A stretch of 64,000 nt of DNA from an uncultured cyanobacterium (GTDB taxonomy: Bacteria; Cyanobacteriota; Cyanobacteriia; Cyanobacteriales; CAWUOF01), in NCBI GenBank assembly GCA_963744145.1, contig CAVUSO010000001.1, positions 4,256,001-4,320,000 on the forward strand. The letters are read 5' to 3'. This document shows, piece by piece, positions 9,130 through 19,600 of the stretch. Each line of letters starts with the position of its first letter. The first letter of the stretch is position 1. Under the pieces are notes generated by a model. That model was not told the DNA's origin. It ran no database searches and saw only the letters and a list, made by a program, of their open reading frames with translations. Position numbers and translations under genes: made by a program.

Positions 9130-10506
9130 ATGTTAGCTCAATACGAAAAACCCGCAATCAAAAAGTTACAAAGTGGATTGATGAATAAGTTTGCTGGAGC
9201 AAGTTCACCACGTCGTAATGTGAAAACGGAAATAGCTGGAATTACGATCGATGATTTAGTTGCTGAGTTTGGTTCACCTCTATTTGTTTATTCTGAGCGA
9301 TCGCTCCGTCGGAAATTCCGGACAATTAAAAGTGCTTTCACTACCCGTTATCCTGATGTGACTTTTGGTTGGTCTTACAAAACTAATTACTTAAAAGCGA
9401 TTTGCGCTATTATGCACCAAGAAGGTGCGATCGCTGAATTGGTTTCCAAAATGGAATATGACAAAGCTAAAGCATTAGGTATTCCGGGAAATCAAATCAT
9501 TCTCAACGGTCCCCACAAACCCTTAGCTACCCTAGAAGCAGCAGTTTTAGATGGAGTGACAATCAATATTGATCATTTAGATGAAATTGACGACTTAGAA
9601 ACGATCGCTACTAAACTAGGACGCACAATTACCGTCGGATTAAGACTAAATCTGGATGTAGGAATTCAACCAAAATGGTCACGATTTGGATTTAATTTAG
9701 AGTCAGGTCAAGCATTAGAAGCAGTGCGACGAATTGCTAAGGGTGGAAAGCTACGTTTGAATGGATTACATAGCCATATTGGCACATTTATCCTTGAACC
9801 TAGTGCTTACGGTCGTCAAGTTGAGAAAATGGTGAAATTTGGTTATGAAATCGAAAATCTGTTTAATTGGAGAATGGATTATATCGATATCGGTGGTGGT
9901 TTTCCCTCTCGGAGTCGTTTAAAAGGTATCTATCATTCTGCTGAAGTAATGTTACCATCAATTGATGAATTTGCTGATGCGATTTGTGACGCTTTATGGG
10001 CAAATCTCAAACCCGGACATACCCCCAAACTGATTATTGAATCCGGACGAGCAATGGTGGATGAAGCAGGTACACTAATCTCAACAGTTTGGGCAAATAA
10101 AACTTTACCTGATGGTACTCCTGCGTATGTAATTGATGCGGGAATTAACCTACTCTTTACTAGCTTTTGGTATCGGTTTGATATCGCACTCGATCGCCAT
10201 GTTTCTGGTTCTGCTCAAAACTCAGTCATTTACGGACCGATGTGCATGAATATTGATGCGATCGATGAAGGAATCTCTTTACCACCTTTACCAAGAGGTA
10301 CAAGACTGGTAATTTCCACAGTTGGAGCTTATAACAATACTCAATGGATGCAATTTATTGAATACCGTCCTAACATTGTTCTCATCAGTGAAAGCGGTAA
10401 TGTTGAATTAATTCGTGAAGCAGAAGACCTCAGTGATTTAGAACGACGGGAACATTTACCAGCTCGATTAAGTCCGATCGCGAATTTATCTACTCGGACT
10501 CATTAA
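9130..10506 (+). CDS. PLP-dependent Orn/DAP/Arg decarboxylase family protein (LysA-like)
   Basis: SYKTN (PLP Lys), SRFG, HSHIG, DIGGGF, ESGR, GPMC, GAY motifs. Confidence 0.9.
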   Translation: MLAQYEKPAIKKLQSGLMNKFAGASSPRRNVKTEIAGITIDDLVAEFGSPLFVYSERSLRRKFRTIKSAFTTRYPDVTFGWSYKTNYLKAICAIMHQEGAIAELVSKMEYDKAKALGIPGNQIILNGPHKPLATLEAAVLDGVTINIDHLDEIDDLETIATKLGRTITVGLRLNLDVGIQPKWSRFGFNLESGQALEAVRRIAKGGKLRLNGLHSHIGTFILEPSAYGRQVEKMVKFGYEIENLFNWRMDYIDIGGGFPSRSRLKGIYHSAEVMLPSIDEFADAICDALWANLKPGHTPKLIIESGRAMVDEAGTLISTVWANKTLPDGTPAYVIDAGINLLFTSFWYRFDIALDRHVSGSAQNSVIYGPMCMNIDAIDEGISLPPLPRGTRLVISTVGAYNNTQWMQFIEYRPNIVLISESGNVELIREAEDLSDLERREHLPARLSPIANLSTRTH

Positions 10507-10521
10507 TTTCTTCTATCTGGT

Positions 10522-10548
10522 GTAGTAAGCGTTCAAAACGCTTACTAC
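10522..10548. repeat. Intergenic hairpin GTAGTAAGCGTT-caa-AACGCTTACTAC
   Basis: 12-bp perfect stem within the operon; could be a REP-like element or an mRNA stabiliser. Confidence 0.5.
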
Positions 10549-10595
10549 CAAGTACATCTACTTTCATCACCTCAATCATTAGCGGAGTTAAAAAT

Positions 10596-12824
10596 ATGCT
10601 AGGTTTGCGCTACGAATCAATCCTAGACCTGGTTACCTTCACCACCGAAAAAAGTAAAAATTCTACTTTTCTACCCATCAAAATTTTTACCAAATTAGTC
10701 CAATTCTGTCAACCTTTAATTCTAGCATTATGTGCTGCAACTGCGGAAATTCTTTTTTTGCGTGGTGTCGGGACAGGGGCACTTTTACTAACAGCGATGC
10801 TCCTCCAACCAGCAGTTTTATTAATGGGAATAACCGGAGTAATCGCAGCAGTTACCTTTGCTAAAATTGCTCAACTTGGACAGAACTATCTCGATCGAGG
10901 TCCATTTCTCTTTAACCCACTTCTAGCAGGTTTAAGTGTCGGTTACCTATTTCAACCAGGAGCAGCTTCTTTATTTCTCGCTGGAGTAGCAGGAATATTA
11001 GCTTTTATTCTCACCTGGACTCTATCCCATATCTTCCGAACTTTCTTATTTTTACCTGTCTTAAGTTTACCCTTTATCATCGTCAGTTGGGTAGTACATC
11101 TAGCTGCATTTCGTTATGCTGGATTACAACCAGCAATTATTCCTGCTCATGTTTATTCCATTGGTTTACCAATCTGGATGGAAGGATTCTTGAGAACTTT
11201 AGGGTTGATTTTTTTCCTCCCTAATATCTGGGTAGGAATTGTCGTCGCAGGATTACTATTAGTCAACTCACGCATCCAATTTTTATTAGCAATAGGTGGT
11301 TATGCGTTAGGAACTTCCATTCGCGGTATTCTCACAGGAACATTTATTTATGTCTATTATGATCCAGCAGCATTAAATTTTGTATTAGTTGCATTAGCGA
11401 TCGGTGGTTTTTATCTCCTTCCCTCCATCCGAAGTTATGCGATCGCAGGTTTAGCAATTGGATTAGTTGCAGTATTAAGCGAAGCAGTGAGTGTATTTTG
11501 GGCAGCTTCTGGGTTACCAGTTCATGCGTTACCTTATAATTTAGTCACCTTATTATTGTTGTATGTATTGGGATTAGTAGGATATCGTTGGTTAACTAGA
11601 TATCCTCAACCAACTCCAGAACAAACTCTCGATTATGAATTAACTGCTCGATTAAGATATCAAGGTACGGGAAAAACAATTTCCTTACCTTTTTCTGGTC
11701 GTTGGTTAGTTTGGCAAGGTTTTCATGGTCAATGGACTCATCAAGGTTTGTGGTGTTATGCTTATGATTTTGTGATTCAAGATGAGTCTGGTTCTACTTA
11801 TCGTGATGATGGATTTAATCTGAAAGATTATTATGCTTATGGTAAACCAATCCTCTCTCCAGTTCGAGGTTGGATCGTTCGAGTCATTAGTGATTTACCA
11901 GATTGTGCGATCGGTAATATTGATCAGGAACATAATTGGGGTAATCATATAATTATTTACGATGAACGAGGTTTTTATGTCGAAATATCCCATTTTGCTC
12001 AACATAGCATTACCGTAAAATCAGGCGATCGCGTAGAAATTGGCACTTTATTAGGTCGTTGTGGTAATTCTGGTTATTCTTCCCAACCACATATTCATAT
12101 TCAAGTCCAACTTAGCGCCGAATTAGGTGCAGCAACAGCACTATTTAGTTTTGCTAATCTGATGGTAGATGGTGAATTTAGAGCCGAAGCTACCCCATCA
12201 GAAAATACTATATTAGAACCAGTAGCAAGCGATCGCGCTCTCGCTAAAGCTTTAACTTTCCCCCTTGATTCTAGTTTCGATTTTACTGTTACTCAAAAAG
12301 AAAAAATCGTTGATCATCTCTCTTTAACTACCCGGATCACAGGAGATGGTTGGTTTTATCTAGATTCGGGTAAAGCCAAATTATACTTTAGTCGAGATGA
12401 GTACGGATTTATCTTTCATCGATTAGATGGTAATGATCCTAACTTAGCCTTATTATTAACAGCAATTCCTCGATTACCCCTAGCTAGACGTGAACCCGGA
12501 AATACATGGTCTGATTATCTTCCCGTCGGGATGATGATTACTGGAATTCGACAAATGGTTTACTTATTTGCTAGTTCCTTTGTACCAGAGTTAGCTTCAG
12601 CTCGCTATACTGGTGAATGGATTTCAAATGAAACTTTAGTAGGAGCAGTCACCATCCCAGGAATCAAGAATAAAGTATTGACATCTGCTACTTTTGCTCA
12701 AAATGGAGAAATTCTCAGAGTCGGTGTCGGTCAGCGATCGCTAGTACGTCAAGATTTACAGGTTGTCACCCAGAAATCCCACCGTTGTTTAGGAGTCGGG
12801 ATGAATGGAAGTACCGTTGGTTAG
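10596..12824 (+). CDS. Urea transporter (UT) family membrane domain fused to an M23 peptidase domain
   Basis: About 10 hydrophobic segments with duplicated FNPLL/LNFVL and LPVLSLPF/LPVHALPY UT-type motifs; C-terminal H..YAYD, WGNHII, GNSGYSSQPHIH M23 motifs. Confidence 0.8.
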   Translation: MLGLRYESILDLVTFTTEKSKNSTFLPIKIFTKLVQFCQPLILALCAATAEILFLRGVGTGALLLTAMLLQPAVLLMGITGVIAAVTFAKIAQLGQNYLDRGPFLFNPLLAGLSVGYLFQPGAASLFLAGVAGILAFILTWTLSHIFRTFLFLPVLSLPFIIVSWVVHLAAFRYAGLQPAIIPAHVYSIGLPIWMEGFLRTLGLIFFLPNIWVGIVVAGLLLVNSRIQFLLAIGGYALGTSIRGILTGTFIYVYYDPAALNFVLVALAIGGFYLLPSIRSYAIAGLAIGLVAVLSEAVSVFWAASGLPVHALPYNLVTLLLLYVLGLVGYRWLTRYPQPTPEQTLDYELTARLRYQGTGKTISLPFSGRWLVWQGFHGQWTHQGLWCYAYDFVIQDESGSTYRDDGFNLKDYYAYGKPILSPVRGWIVRVISDLPDCAIGNIDQEHNWGNHIIIYDERGFYVEISHFAQHSITVKSGDRVEIGTLLGRCGNSGYSSQPHIHIQVQLSAELGAATALFSFANLMVDGEFRAEATPSENTILEPVASDRALAKALTFPLDSSFDFTVTQKEKIVDHLSLTTRITGDGWFYLDSGKAKLYFSRDEYGFIFHRLDGNDPNLALLLTAIPRLPLARREPGNTWSDYLPVGMMITGIRQMVYLFASSFVPELASARYTGEWISNETLVGAVTIPGIKNKVLTSATFAQNGEILRVGVGQRSLVRQDLQVVTQKSHRCLGVGMNGSTVG

Positions 12825-12983
12825 GGACAACAAGCGGACAAATAATTTGACACTCGACAATTGCCATATTATTTTTGTTCGCAGCGTAGGTTGTATATGT
12901 GGTTAAATGTAATGAGAGAGTCGGTGCCAAGAAAATTTGCGGAAATGACTTTCCTTCCAGATAAAATATAAACCTCTGTATTT

Positions 12984-13100
12984 GAGGAGCGACGAGAGCA
13001 AATTATTACTGCGATCGAGAATTGGTGGAATAAATATCGAGTGACGTTGCGTGAGATTGAAACTGAACGGGATACAGCAGCAAAGCGATTAGATGCTTAA
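12984..13100 (+). pseudogene. C-terminal remnant resembling a type I R-M methyltransferase (HsdM) tail
   Basis: REQIITAIENWWNKYRVTLREIETERDTAAKRLDA*; recognised from memory. Confidence 0.5.
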
Positions 13101-13123
13101 AGTAAGTGAATTGAGGAAAGCTG

Positions 13124-13339
13124 ATGAAAGTTAAAGTAACAGAACAAGGTGTAGTCATTCCCAAAGATTTTCTAGAGGGAGTTGAAGAGGTAGAAATCCG
13201 TAAGGAAAATAATATTATCTTTGTGATAGTAACTAATAAAACAGATCCAATTTTTGAGATGGGAATAAATCCTGTAAACTGCGGAGTTTCTGATGCGTCT
13301 GAAAATTTAGATAACTATATTTACGGTTCTATTGAATGA
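13124..13339 (+). CDS. AbrB/MazE-like putative antitoxin
   Basis: KVTEQGVVIPK motif; stop overlaps the start of a PIN toxin gene. Confidence 0.65.
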   Translation: MKVKVTEQGVVIPKDFLEGVEEVEIRKENNIIFVIVTNKTDPIFEMGINPVNCGVSDASENLDNYIYGSIE

Positions 13340-13533
13340 ATAGAGTTTTTTTAGATACGAGTTATATTATCGCTTTATAAACAGCCGATGATAATTATTA
13401 TCGGACATTAAAACATTGGCAGGATTTGATTAAAGAACCACCAAAATTAGTAACTACATCTTATATTTTTGACGAAATGGCGCCATTTTTTAATAGTCGA
13501 AATCGTCATCATAAAGCTGTGCTAATCGGTTAA
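13336..13533 (+). pseudogene. VapC/PIN toxin, in-frame stop and 3' truncation
   Basis: MNRVFLDTSYIIAL*TADD...TTSYIFDE. Confidence 0.75.
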
Positions 13534-13624
13534 TGTCGCGATCGCTCGCATATACGGTATAATTCAATATGGTTCAGTTAAGGGTTGGTCAAGATGCAGG
13601 GATTTTGGGGCGATCGTCTCTGTA

Positions 13625-13740
13625 GATGCCTTGCACATCGCCAGCGCAGAAGCATCTAACAGCGATTACTTTCTCACTTGTGATCAGCGTCTGATTAATC
13701 GTTGCCAAGAGCTAGCCTTAAACGTTATGAACCCCGCATC
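13625..13740 (+). pseudogene. C-terminal fragment of a second PIN-domain protein
   Basis: DALHIASAEASNSDYFLTCDQRLINR...VMNP. Confidence 0.7.
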
Positions 13741-14104
13741 CTTTACAGCGGATTCGGTGGTTGATGAAGTACAGTAAGATTTAGCATGAATGGCGATCTG
13801 TTAAAGTCGCTTGTGAGTTATCTGTGTTGGTTGGGCAGGTTTATGATCGTTATCTGTTTGGAGCAGAATTGATTGGTGAACCTGCCCCTACAAATCCCGG
13901 TTGATTGTGATCATAAATTCATTCACCAGACATTTTTATGAGCTAATTTGATCTTAAATGTTATATTTTTTGGTGAATCTCTGTAGGGGCGGGTTCACCG
14001 ATGAACTTGCTACACACAAATAACCTTAATGAACCCGCCCTGCCCCACAGATCAACTTGATGAACTTCATAAACCTGGAATAGGCTGTATCACGGAGATC
14101 GACT

Positions 14105-14314
14105 ATGAAAGTTAATCTACCCAAGGAACAACAAGTGATCCAAGAAGCCCTGCAAATTCTCTATGCTCACATGACCCCACTCAAAGTCGCCCGCTTTATC
14201 ACCGCTTGTCAGCTAGGCGAAGGAGACTATCTCCAAACCAAAGACGAACTGTTTGTCGATGAAACCGTAGATAGTTTGTGTGACAAGATTAAAGCCTTTA
14301 AGCAAGGTAAATAG
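14105..14314 (+). CDS. Small hypothetical protein, probable antitoxin partner of the PIN fragment
   Basis: 69 aa; ALQIL...ARFI...GEGDY pattern; RBS present. Confidence 0.55.
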   Translation: MKVNLPKEQQVIQEALQILYAHMTPLKVARFITACQLGEGDYLQTKDELFVDETVDSLCDKIKAFKQGK

Positions 14315-14424
14315 ACAGCGATCGCCATCTCAATATTTCGCCCAGTTCTCCGCTGATGTCCTCCAAAATATTCTTAACTGAACCGTATTGCGGTATGATT
14401 AACTGTCAGAACGCTATTCCCAGA

Positions 14425-14694
14425 GCGAGGCGATCGCAGTGAAACAATAATAAAGATGCAACAATCGCGTGAGCTGATTCGCAGTTATGCCGCTTATGCT
14501 CTGAGTGCCTTTAAGAATTTTAGTGCAGCAGACATAGAAGAAATTACCCTGAAATTTGGGTTAAATATTGGTGGTAAAGCCGGAATTCCTTTTATCACAG
14601 AAGGAACTGCCGAAAGCAATTTAGAAATCGAAGTTAAATATAAATTTTCTAAGGCGACTTAAAAAAAATTAAATAAAAAACGATTAACTGTTAA
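14425..14694 (+). pseudogene. 5'-truncated duplicate of the CU044_2847/Trypco1 gene and its downstream flank
   Basis: Near-identical to 20938-21207; begins at a HIP1-containing junction. Confidence 0.8.
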
Positions 14695-14738
14695 GTGCTT
14701 TTTTATTGGTATTCGAGGAAGGCGATCGCTCCAAATGT

Positions 14739-15659
14739 ATGACCAATGATTTTCCCATCTTGTTTGTTACGGAAAAAGCTTATGAAGAATCCTCGAATGA
14801 AATTTTAGGGAGCAAGTATAAGTTTTGGTTCTATCACGAAGAATTTGGTCGTTGTCTTTACAAACAAAACCGAGTCAACTTGGGAGAAGATTGGGCAGAG
14901 AAAGTCGCATCAGAATTGTGTGAATTAATCGGACTTCCTCACGCTGTTTATGAATTGGCTTCAACTTGGAAAGGCGATCGCGGTGTAATTTCACCCAACT
15001 TTTTACCACAAGGGGGGACGCTTGTACATGGTAACGAACTGCTTACTTCAATTGTGCCAAATTACCTAACATTTAGCACCTACGGCGCATCACAACATAC
15101 AATTGATGTAGTTTTAAGAGTTATTGCAGGCAGTTCTGTAAATTTACCCATTAATTGGACACCGCCCTCTGGTATCCAAAAAGCAGTGGATGTATTTGTT
15201 GGCTATCTTTTGTTAGATGCGTGGATTGGTAACGGAGATCGTCACCATGAAAACTGGGGGATTGTCCGAATAAAACCGTCATCTACTTCAGAAGAAATGG
15301 AACACTTAGCACCTACTTACGATCATGCCTCAAGTTTAGGACGTGAACTCTCTGATGAAAAAAGGCAGAAACGATCTATACTGGATTATACCGACAAATG
15401 TTTTTCAGCGTTTTATGGTAGTGTTGATGATAAAAAGAGCCTGAAAGTTTTTGATACATTCTCCCAAGTTGTTCATCGTTATCCCCAAGCAGCTAGTGTG
15501 TGGTTGACGCGACTTGAAAATATATCAGAAGCCAATATATTAGATATTTTTAATCGCATTAATTGCTCACGGATCTCTCCCAATGCCAGTAATTTTGCTC
15601 AAAAAATTCTGGAAATTAACAAACACAGGATACTAACCTTATGGGAAACACTACCTTAA
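14739..15659 (+). CDS. HipA-like Ser/Thr kinase
   Basis: LGSKYKFW loop, LYK, EDWAEK, DAWIGNGDRHHENW, LAPTYDHASSLG. Confidence 0.85.
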   Translation: MTNDFPILFVTEKAYEESSNEILGSKYKFWFYHEEFGRCLYKQNRVNLGEDWAEKVASELCELIGLPHAVYELASTWKGDRGVISPNFLPQGGTLVHGNELLTSIVPNYLTFSTYGASQHTIDVVLRVIAGSSVNLPINWTPPSGIQKAVDVFVGYLLLDAWIGNGDRHHENWGIVRIKPSSTSEEMEHLAPTYDHASSLGRELSDEKRQKRSILDYTDKCFSAFYGSVDDKKSLKVFDTFSQVVHRYPQAASVWLTRLENISEANILDIFNRINCSRISPNASNFAQKILEINKHRILTLWETLP

Positions 15660-15670
15660 AAACACTAAAA

Positions 15671-16435
15671 ATGAAGACATCAAAAACACTATTTTTAGCT
15701 TGGCAAGACTATTTTAGTCGCGCTTGGTTTACCATAGGTCGGTTAACATTTGACGGAGATATTTATAAATTTGTCTATACGCAAGGTGTAAAAGAAGCTC
15801 AAGAAAAATGTGCTTTTAATCCTTTATCTTCCTTTCCATATTTAGATCAAGTCTATACATCAACTCACCTATTTCCAGTCTTTGCTAATCGGTTAATGTC
15901 GCGATCGCGTCCTGATTATTCCAGTTTTATTGAATCGTTAAATCTTTTACCTGATAATAACGAACCAATGGAAGTTTTAGCCCGCAGTGGTGGAGAACGA
16001 GAAACAGATACACTTGCGGTTTTTCCTTGTCCAGAAGTTGATGAAAAGGGACAATACAATCTCTATTTTTTCTCGCATGGGTTGCGACACTTACCAACCA
16101 GTGCAATTGAGCGGATTAATCAGTTTGAACCTAGAGAAGAATTATGGTTAGCTCACGAATTTCAAAATTCTTACGATTATCAGGCTTTAACTTTAAATAC
16201 TAAAGACCATTACATTGTCGGTTATTGTCCGCGATATTTGCTGGCAGAAATTTTTGAATTGCTTCGGCAAAATTCCAGTCTAAAAGTGCGAGTAGAGCAA
16301 GTAAATAAATCTCCAACCCCACTTCAGTTTCGTCTGTTATGTAAAATGAGTGTCAATTGTAGAGATAATTTTTGTCCTTTCTCAAGTAGTCAATATCAAT
16401 CGCTGATTGTAGAAATTGCGATGAAATCTGCATAA
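15671..16435 (+). CDS. HIRAN-domain protein with HipA-N/HipS-like N-terminus (putative antitoxin)
   Basis: IGRL..YKFVY..FPVFANRLMSRSRPDY..LARSGGERETD; C-terminal NSYDYQA..VGYCPRY. Confidence 0.75.
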   Translation: MKTSKTLFLAWQDYFSRAWFTIGRLTFDGDIYKFVYTQGVKEAQEKCAFNPLSSFPYLDQVYTSTHLFPVFANRLMSRSRPDYSSFIESLNLLPDNNEPMEVLARSGGERETDTLAVFPCPEVDEKGQYNLYFFSHGLRHLPTSAIERINQFEPREELWLAHEFQNSYDYQALTLNTKDHYIVGYCPRYLLAEIFELLRQNSSLKVRVEQVNKSPTPLQFRLLCKMSVNCRDNFCPFSSSQYQSLIVEIAMKSA

Positions 16436-16650
16436 CGCTTGGTATTATAATAACAAGATTTACGCAAAATATCAACGCGATCGCATATACGGTATAATTA
16501 ACTGTCAGAACGCTATTCCTAGAACGAGGCTCGCTAACATAAAATGCGTAAGTCTTGTATATATTAAGTGCTGCTGAATATCTCATTAACTAGGAATATG
16601 CTGTAAATTGCACCAGTCTATAAATCGTGGCAGTTTATAAATCTTTGTGA

Positions 16651-19600
16651 TCATTTCCATTGATTACAAACTTCTTTTATAGAATCAACTACACCTCGCA
16701 TAGCTGTTTCTTCACCTAATGAAATAATAGCAGGATAAAGAGTTACTAAGTTTTTTATAAAGTCTTGTCTATTAGTAGATGCTAGGATGTGAAGATATAA
16801 CTTCCAATCAGAGAATGATAAATTAGATAAATCAAGACTATGGAGAAAACCATTGATTGCTTTTGCTTGATTTGGTTTAGAATTTATCTTAAAAATCTCA
16901 TTTTTCACTTGAGATAATAATTGTTCAGGTACGAATTTACTTAGACCATTCAATACCTCTGCCCGACTGGATTCATCCTGAATAGTGCGTGCCGCATCCA
17001 AGGCTTCGGCAAAATAGGCCCTATCAATCTGAGCAAGGGAACTCAATACCTCTGCCCGACTGGATTCATCCTGAATAGTGCGTGCTGCATCCAAGGCTTC
17101 GGCAAAATAGGCCCTATCAATCTGAGCAAGGGAACTCAATACCTCTGCCCGACTGTATTTATCCTGAATAGTACGTGCCGCATCCAATAAAACTGAGAAA
17201 TCTGCACCATCAATCTGAGCAAGAGATCTCAATACCAATGCCCGAAGGGATTCAGACTGAATAGCGCGTGCCGTATCCAATAAAACTGAGAAATCTGCAC
17301 TATCAATCTGAGCAAGAGATCTCAATACTAATGCTCGAAGGGGTTCAGACTGAATAGTGCGTGCTGCATCTAATGCTTCTCCAAAATAAGCACTATCAAT
17401 TTGAGCAAGGAATCTCAATACCTCTGCCCGACTGTATTTATCCTGAATAGCGCGTGCCGCATTCAATAAAACTGAGAAATCCGCACTATCAATCTGAGCA
17501 AGGGATCTTAATACCCATGCCCGCAAGAATTTATCCTGAATAGTGTGTGCCGCATCCAATAAAACTGAGAAATCCGCACTATCAATCTGAGCAAGGGAAC
17601 TCAATACCTCCGCCCGAATAGATTCAGACTGAATAGCGCGTACTGCATCCAATGCTTCGGCAAAATAGGCCCTATCAATCTGAGCAAGGGAACTTAATAC
17701 CTTTGCCCGAATAGATTCATCCTGAATAGCGCGTGCCGCATCCAATGCTTCTGTAAAACAGGCACTATCAATCTGAGCAAGGGAACTCAATACCTTTGCC
17801 CGAAGTGCCCGACGGGATTCATCCTGAATAGCGCGTGCCGCATCCAATGCTTCTGTAAAACAGGCACTATCAATCTGAGCAAGAGAACTCAATACCCATG
17901 CCCGAAAGGATTCATCCTGAAGAGCGCGTGTCGCATCCAATGCTTCGGCAAAATAGGCCCTATCAATCTGAGCAAGAGAACTCAATACTAATGCCCAAAT
18001 GAATTGATCCTGACTAGCTTGTGCTGCATCCAATGCTTCTGTAAAATAGGCATTATCAATCTGAGCAAGAGAACTCAATACTAATGCCCGATTTTTTTCA
18101 TCCTGAATAGCGCGTGCTGCATCTAATGCTTCGGTAAAATAGGCCCTATCAATCTGAGCCAGGGCACTCAATGCCTCTGCCCGATTTTTTTTATCCTGAA
18201 TAGCGCGTGCTGCATCCAATGCTTCGGTAAAATAGGCCCTATCAATCTGAGCCAGGGCACTCAATACTTCTGCCCGATTGGATTCATTCTGAATAGCGCG
18301 TGTCGCATCCAATGCTTCGGCAAAATAGGCCCTATCAATCTGAGCCAGGGCACTCAATGCCTCTGCCCGATGGTATTCATCCTGAATAGCGCTTATTTTT
18401 GTTAAAGCCTTCTTAAATAATGGTTTGGAAAAATAACAACATAATCCCTTAATCCATTCGGCTATTTTATGTTCATCTTGCATTTGCTCTACATAAGCCC
18501 AAGCTTGCTCTATTGTCCAAAATTTACCTTTGACAAATTCTTTGATCATGTCAATCGGTAGGTTTTCCAATAAACTGTTTAATGTTGCTGTAATTAAGGC
18601 ATACCGATATTGCAGAACAATAGAGCGGGTTTTGTCTTGCTCATATTGTTGTTCGGCGATCGCCCAAGCTCTAGCCACATCTTCCACAAAAATTGCTGGT
18701 TGACCAAGGCGATCGCAAGTTTCAAACCAAGCATTATGTCCTAAGCGATCGCTACTACCTAGAAGAGTATGAATTTCATCAATCCAACCAGCTTGCTCTA
18801 AGTGCCAAGTCAACTGACGATGAATATATCCATCATTCGGTAAATTATACCAAGATTTTTCCTCAGTTTTTTCTCGGTAACGTTCTAGAAATTGTTGATG
18901 AGCCAAAGATAAGCAAGAACAATTTTTATCCCTAGAGCCTAGAGAATTAAGCTTACCTTCTTCAATCAGACTCCGAGCCATATCGTGCATAAGGTCGTGG
19001 ATACGATAGGTTGGCTCATCCTCTAATGTAGTAACACCATCAGTCAGAAAAGAACGGTGTCGCAATAATGACAATCTTTGTTTAACTTGCACATTAGACG
19101 ACAAATTCCACAGAACCGAAGCAACCTCTAGGGTAAGATTAACATCTTCTGGCAAAATACCTAACCAGGCAAACTGTTCTAACTGTTCCTGATTCAGCCG
19201 CTTTAAACTTAAGTTGAAACAAACTTCCAAACTATGTTTACGCTGTTCTTGCTCATCTAAATCTTCCCATCTTTCCGATGACTGTAAAAGTTTAAATACT
19301 CTAGAAAACTCAGCCTTAAATTCAGCTCGTAATTCCGCCCAAGTTGAACCATCTTTGATTAAGTTAATCGCTAAATCCAGAGCTAATGGCAAATATCCCA
19401 ATACCTGAGCAAAGGCTTTTGCTTCTATTTGATCAGCATCTTTCCAATCTTTGCCTAACTTTCCTTTAATCAGTTCTAACGCTTCATCTTCGCTCATCAA
19501 ATCTAAAGAATAGTAATCAGCCTGAGCAATTCTTGCTTCCCTAGTTGTCACCAATACCCGACAACCTTCACCACCCACCTGAAACCATTTAGCATGATCT

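Larger units (their letters stand above)
13565..14390. mobile_element. Non-autonomous element with 18-bp TIRs, 10-bp TSD and TA-derived cargo
   Basis: CAATATGGTTCAGTTAAG / CTTAACTGAACCGTATTG; flanks CGGTATAATT and CGGTATGATT; empty site at 16490-16499. Confidence 0.8.

Noticed and set aside
16950..18390. Diversity-generating retroelement target
   Set aside because: No reverse transcriptase or template repeat in the window; variation is not evidently adenine-restricted
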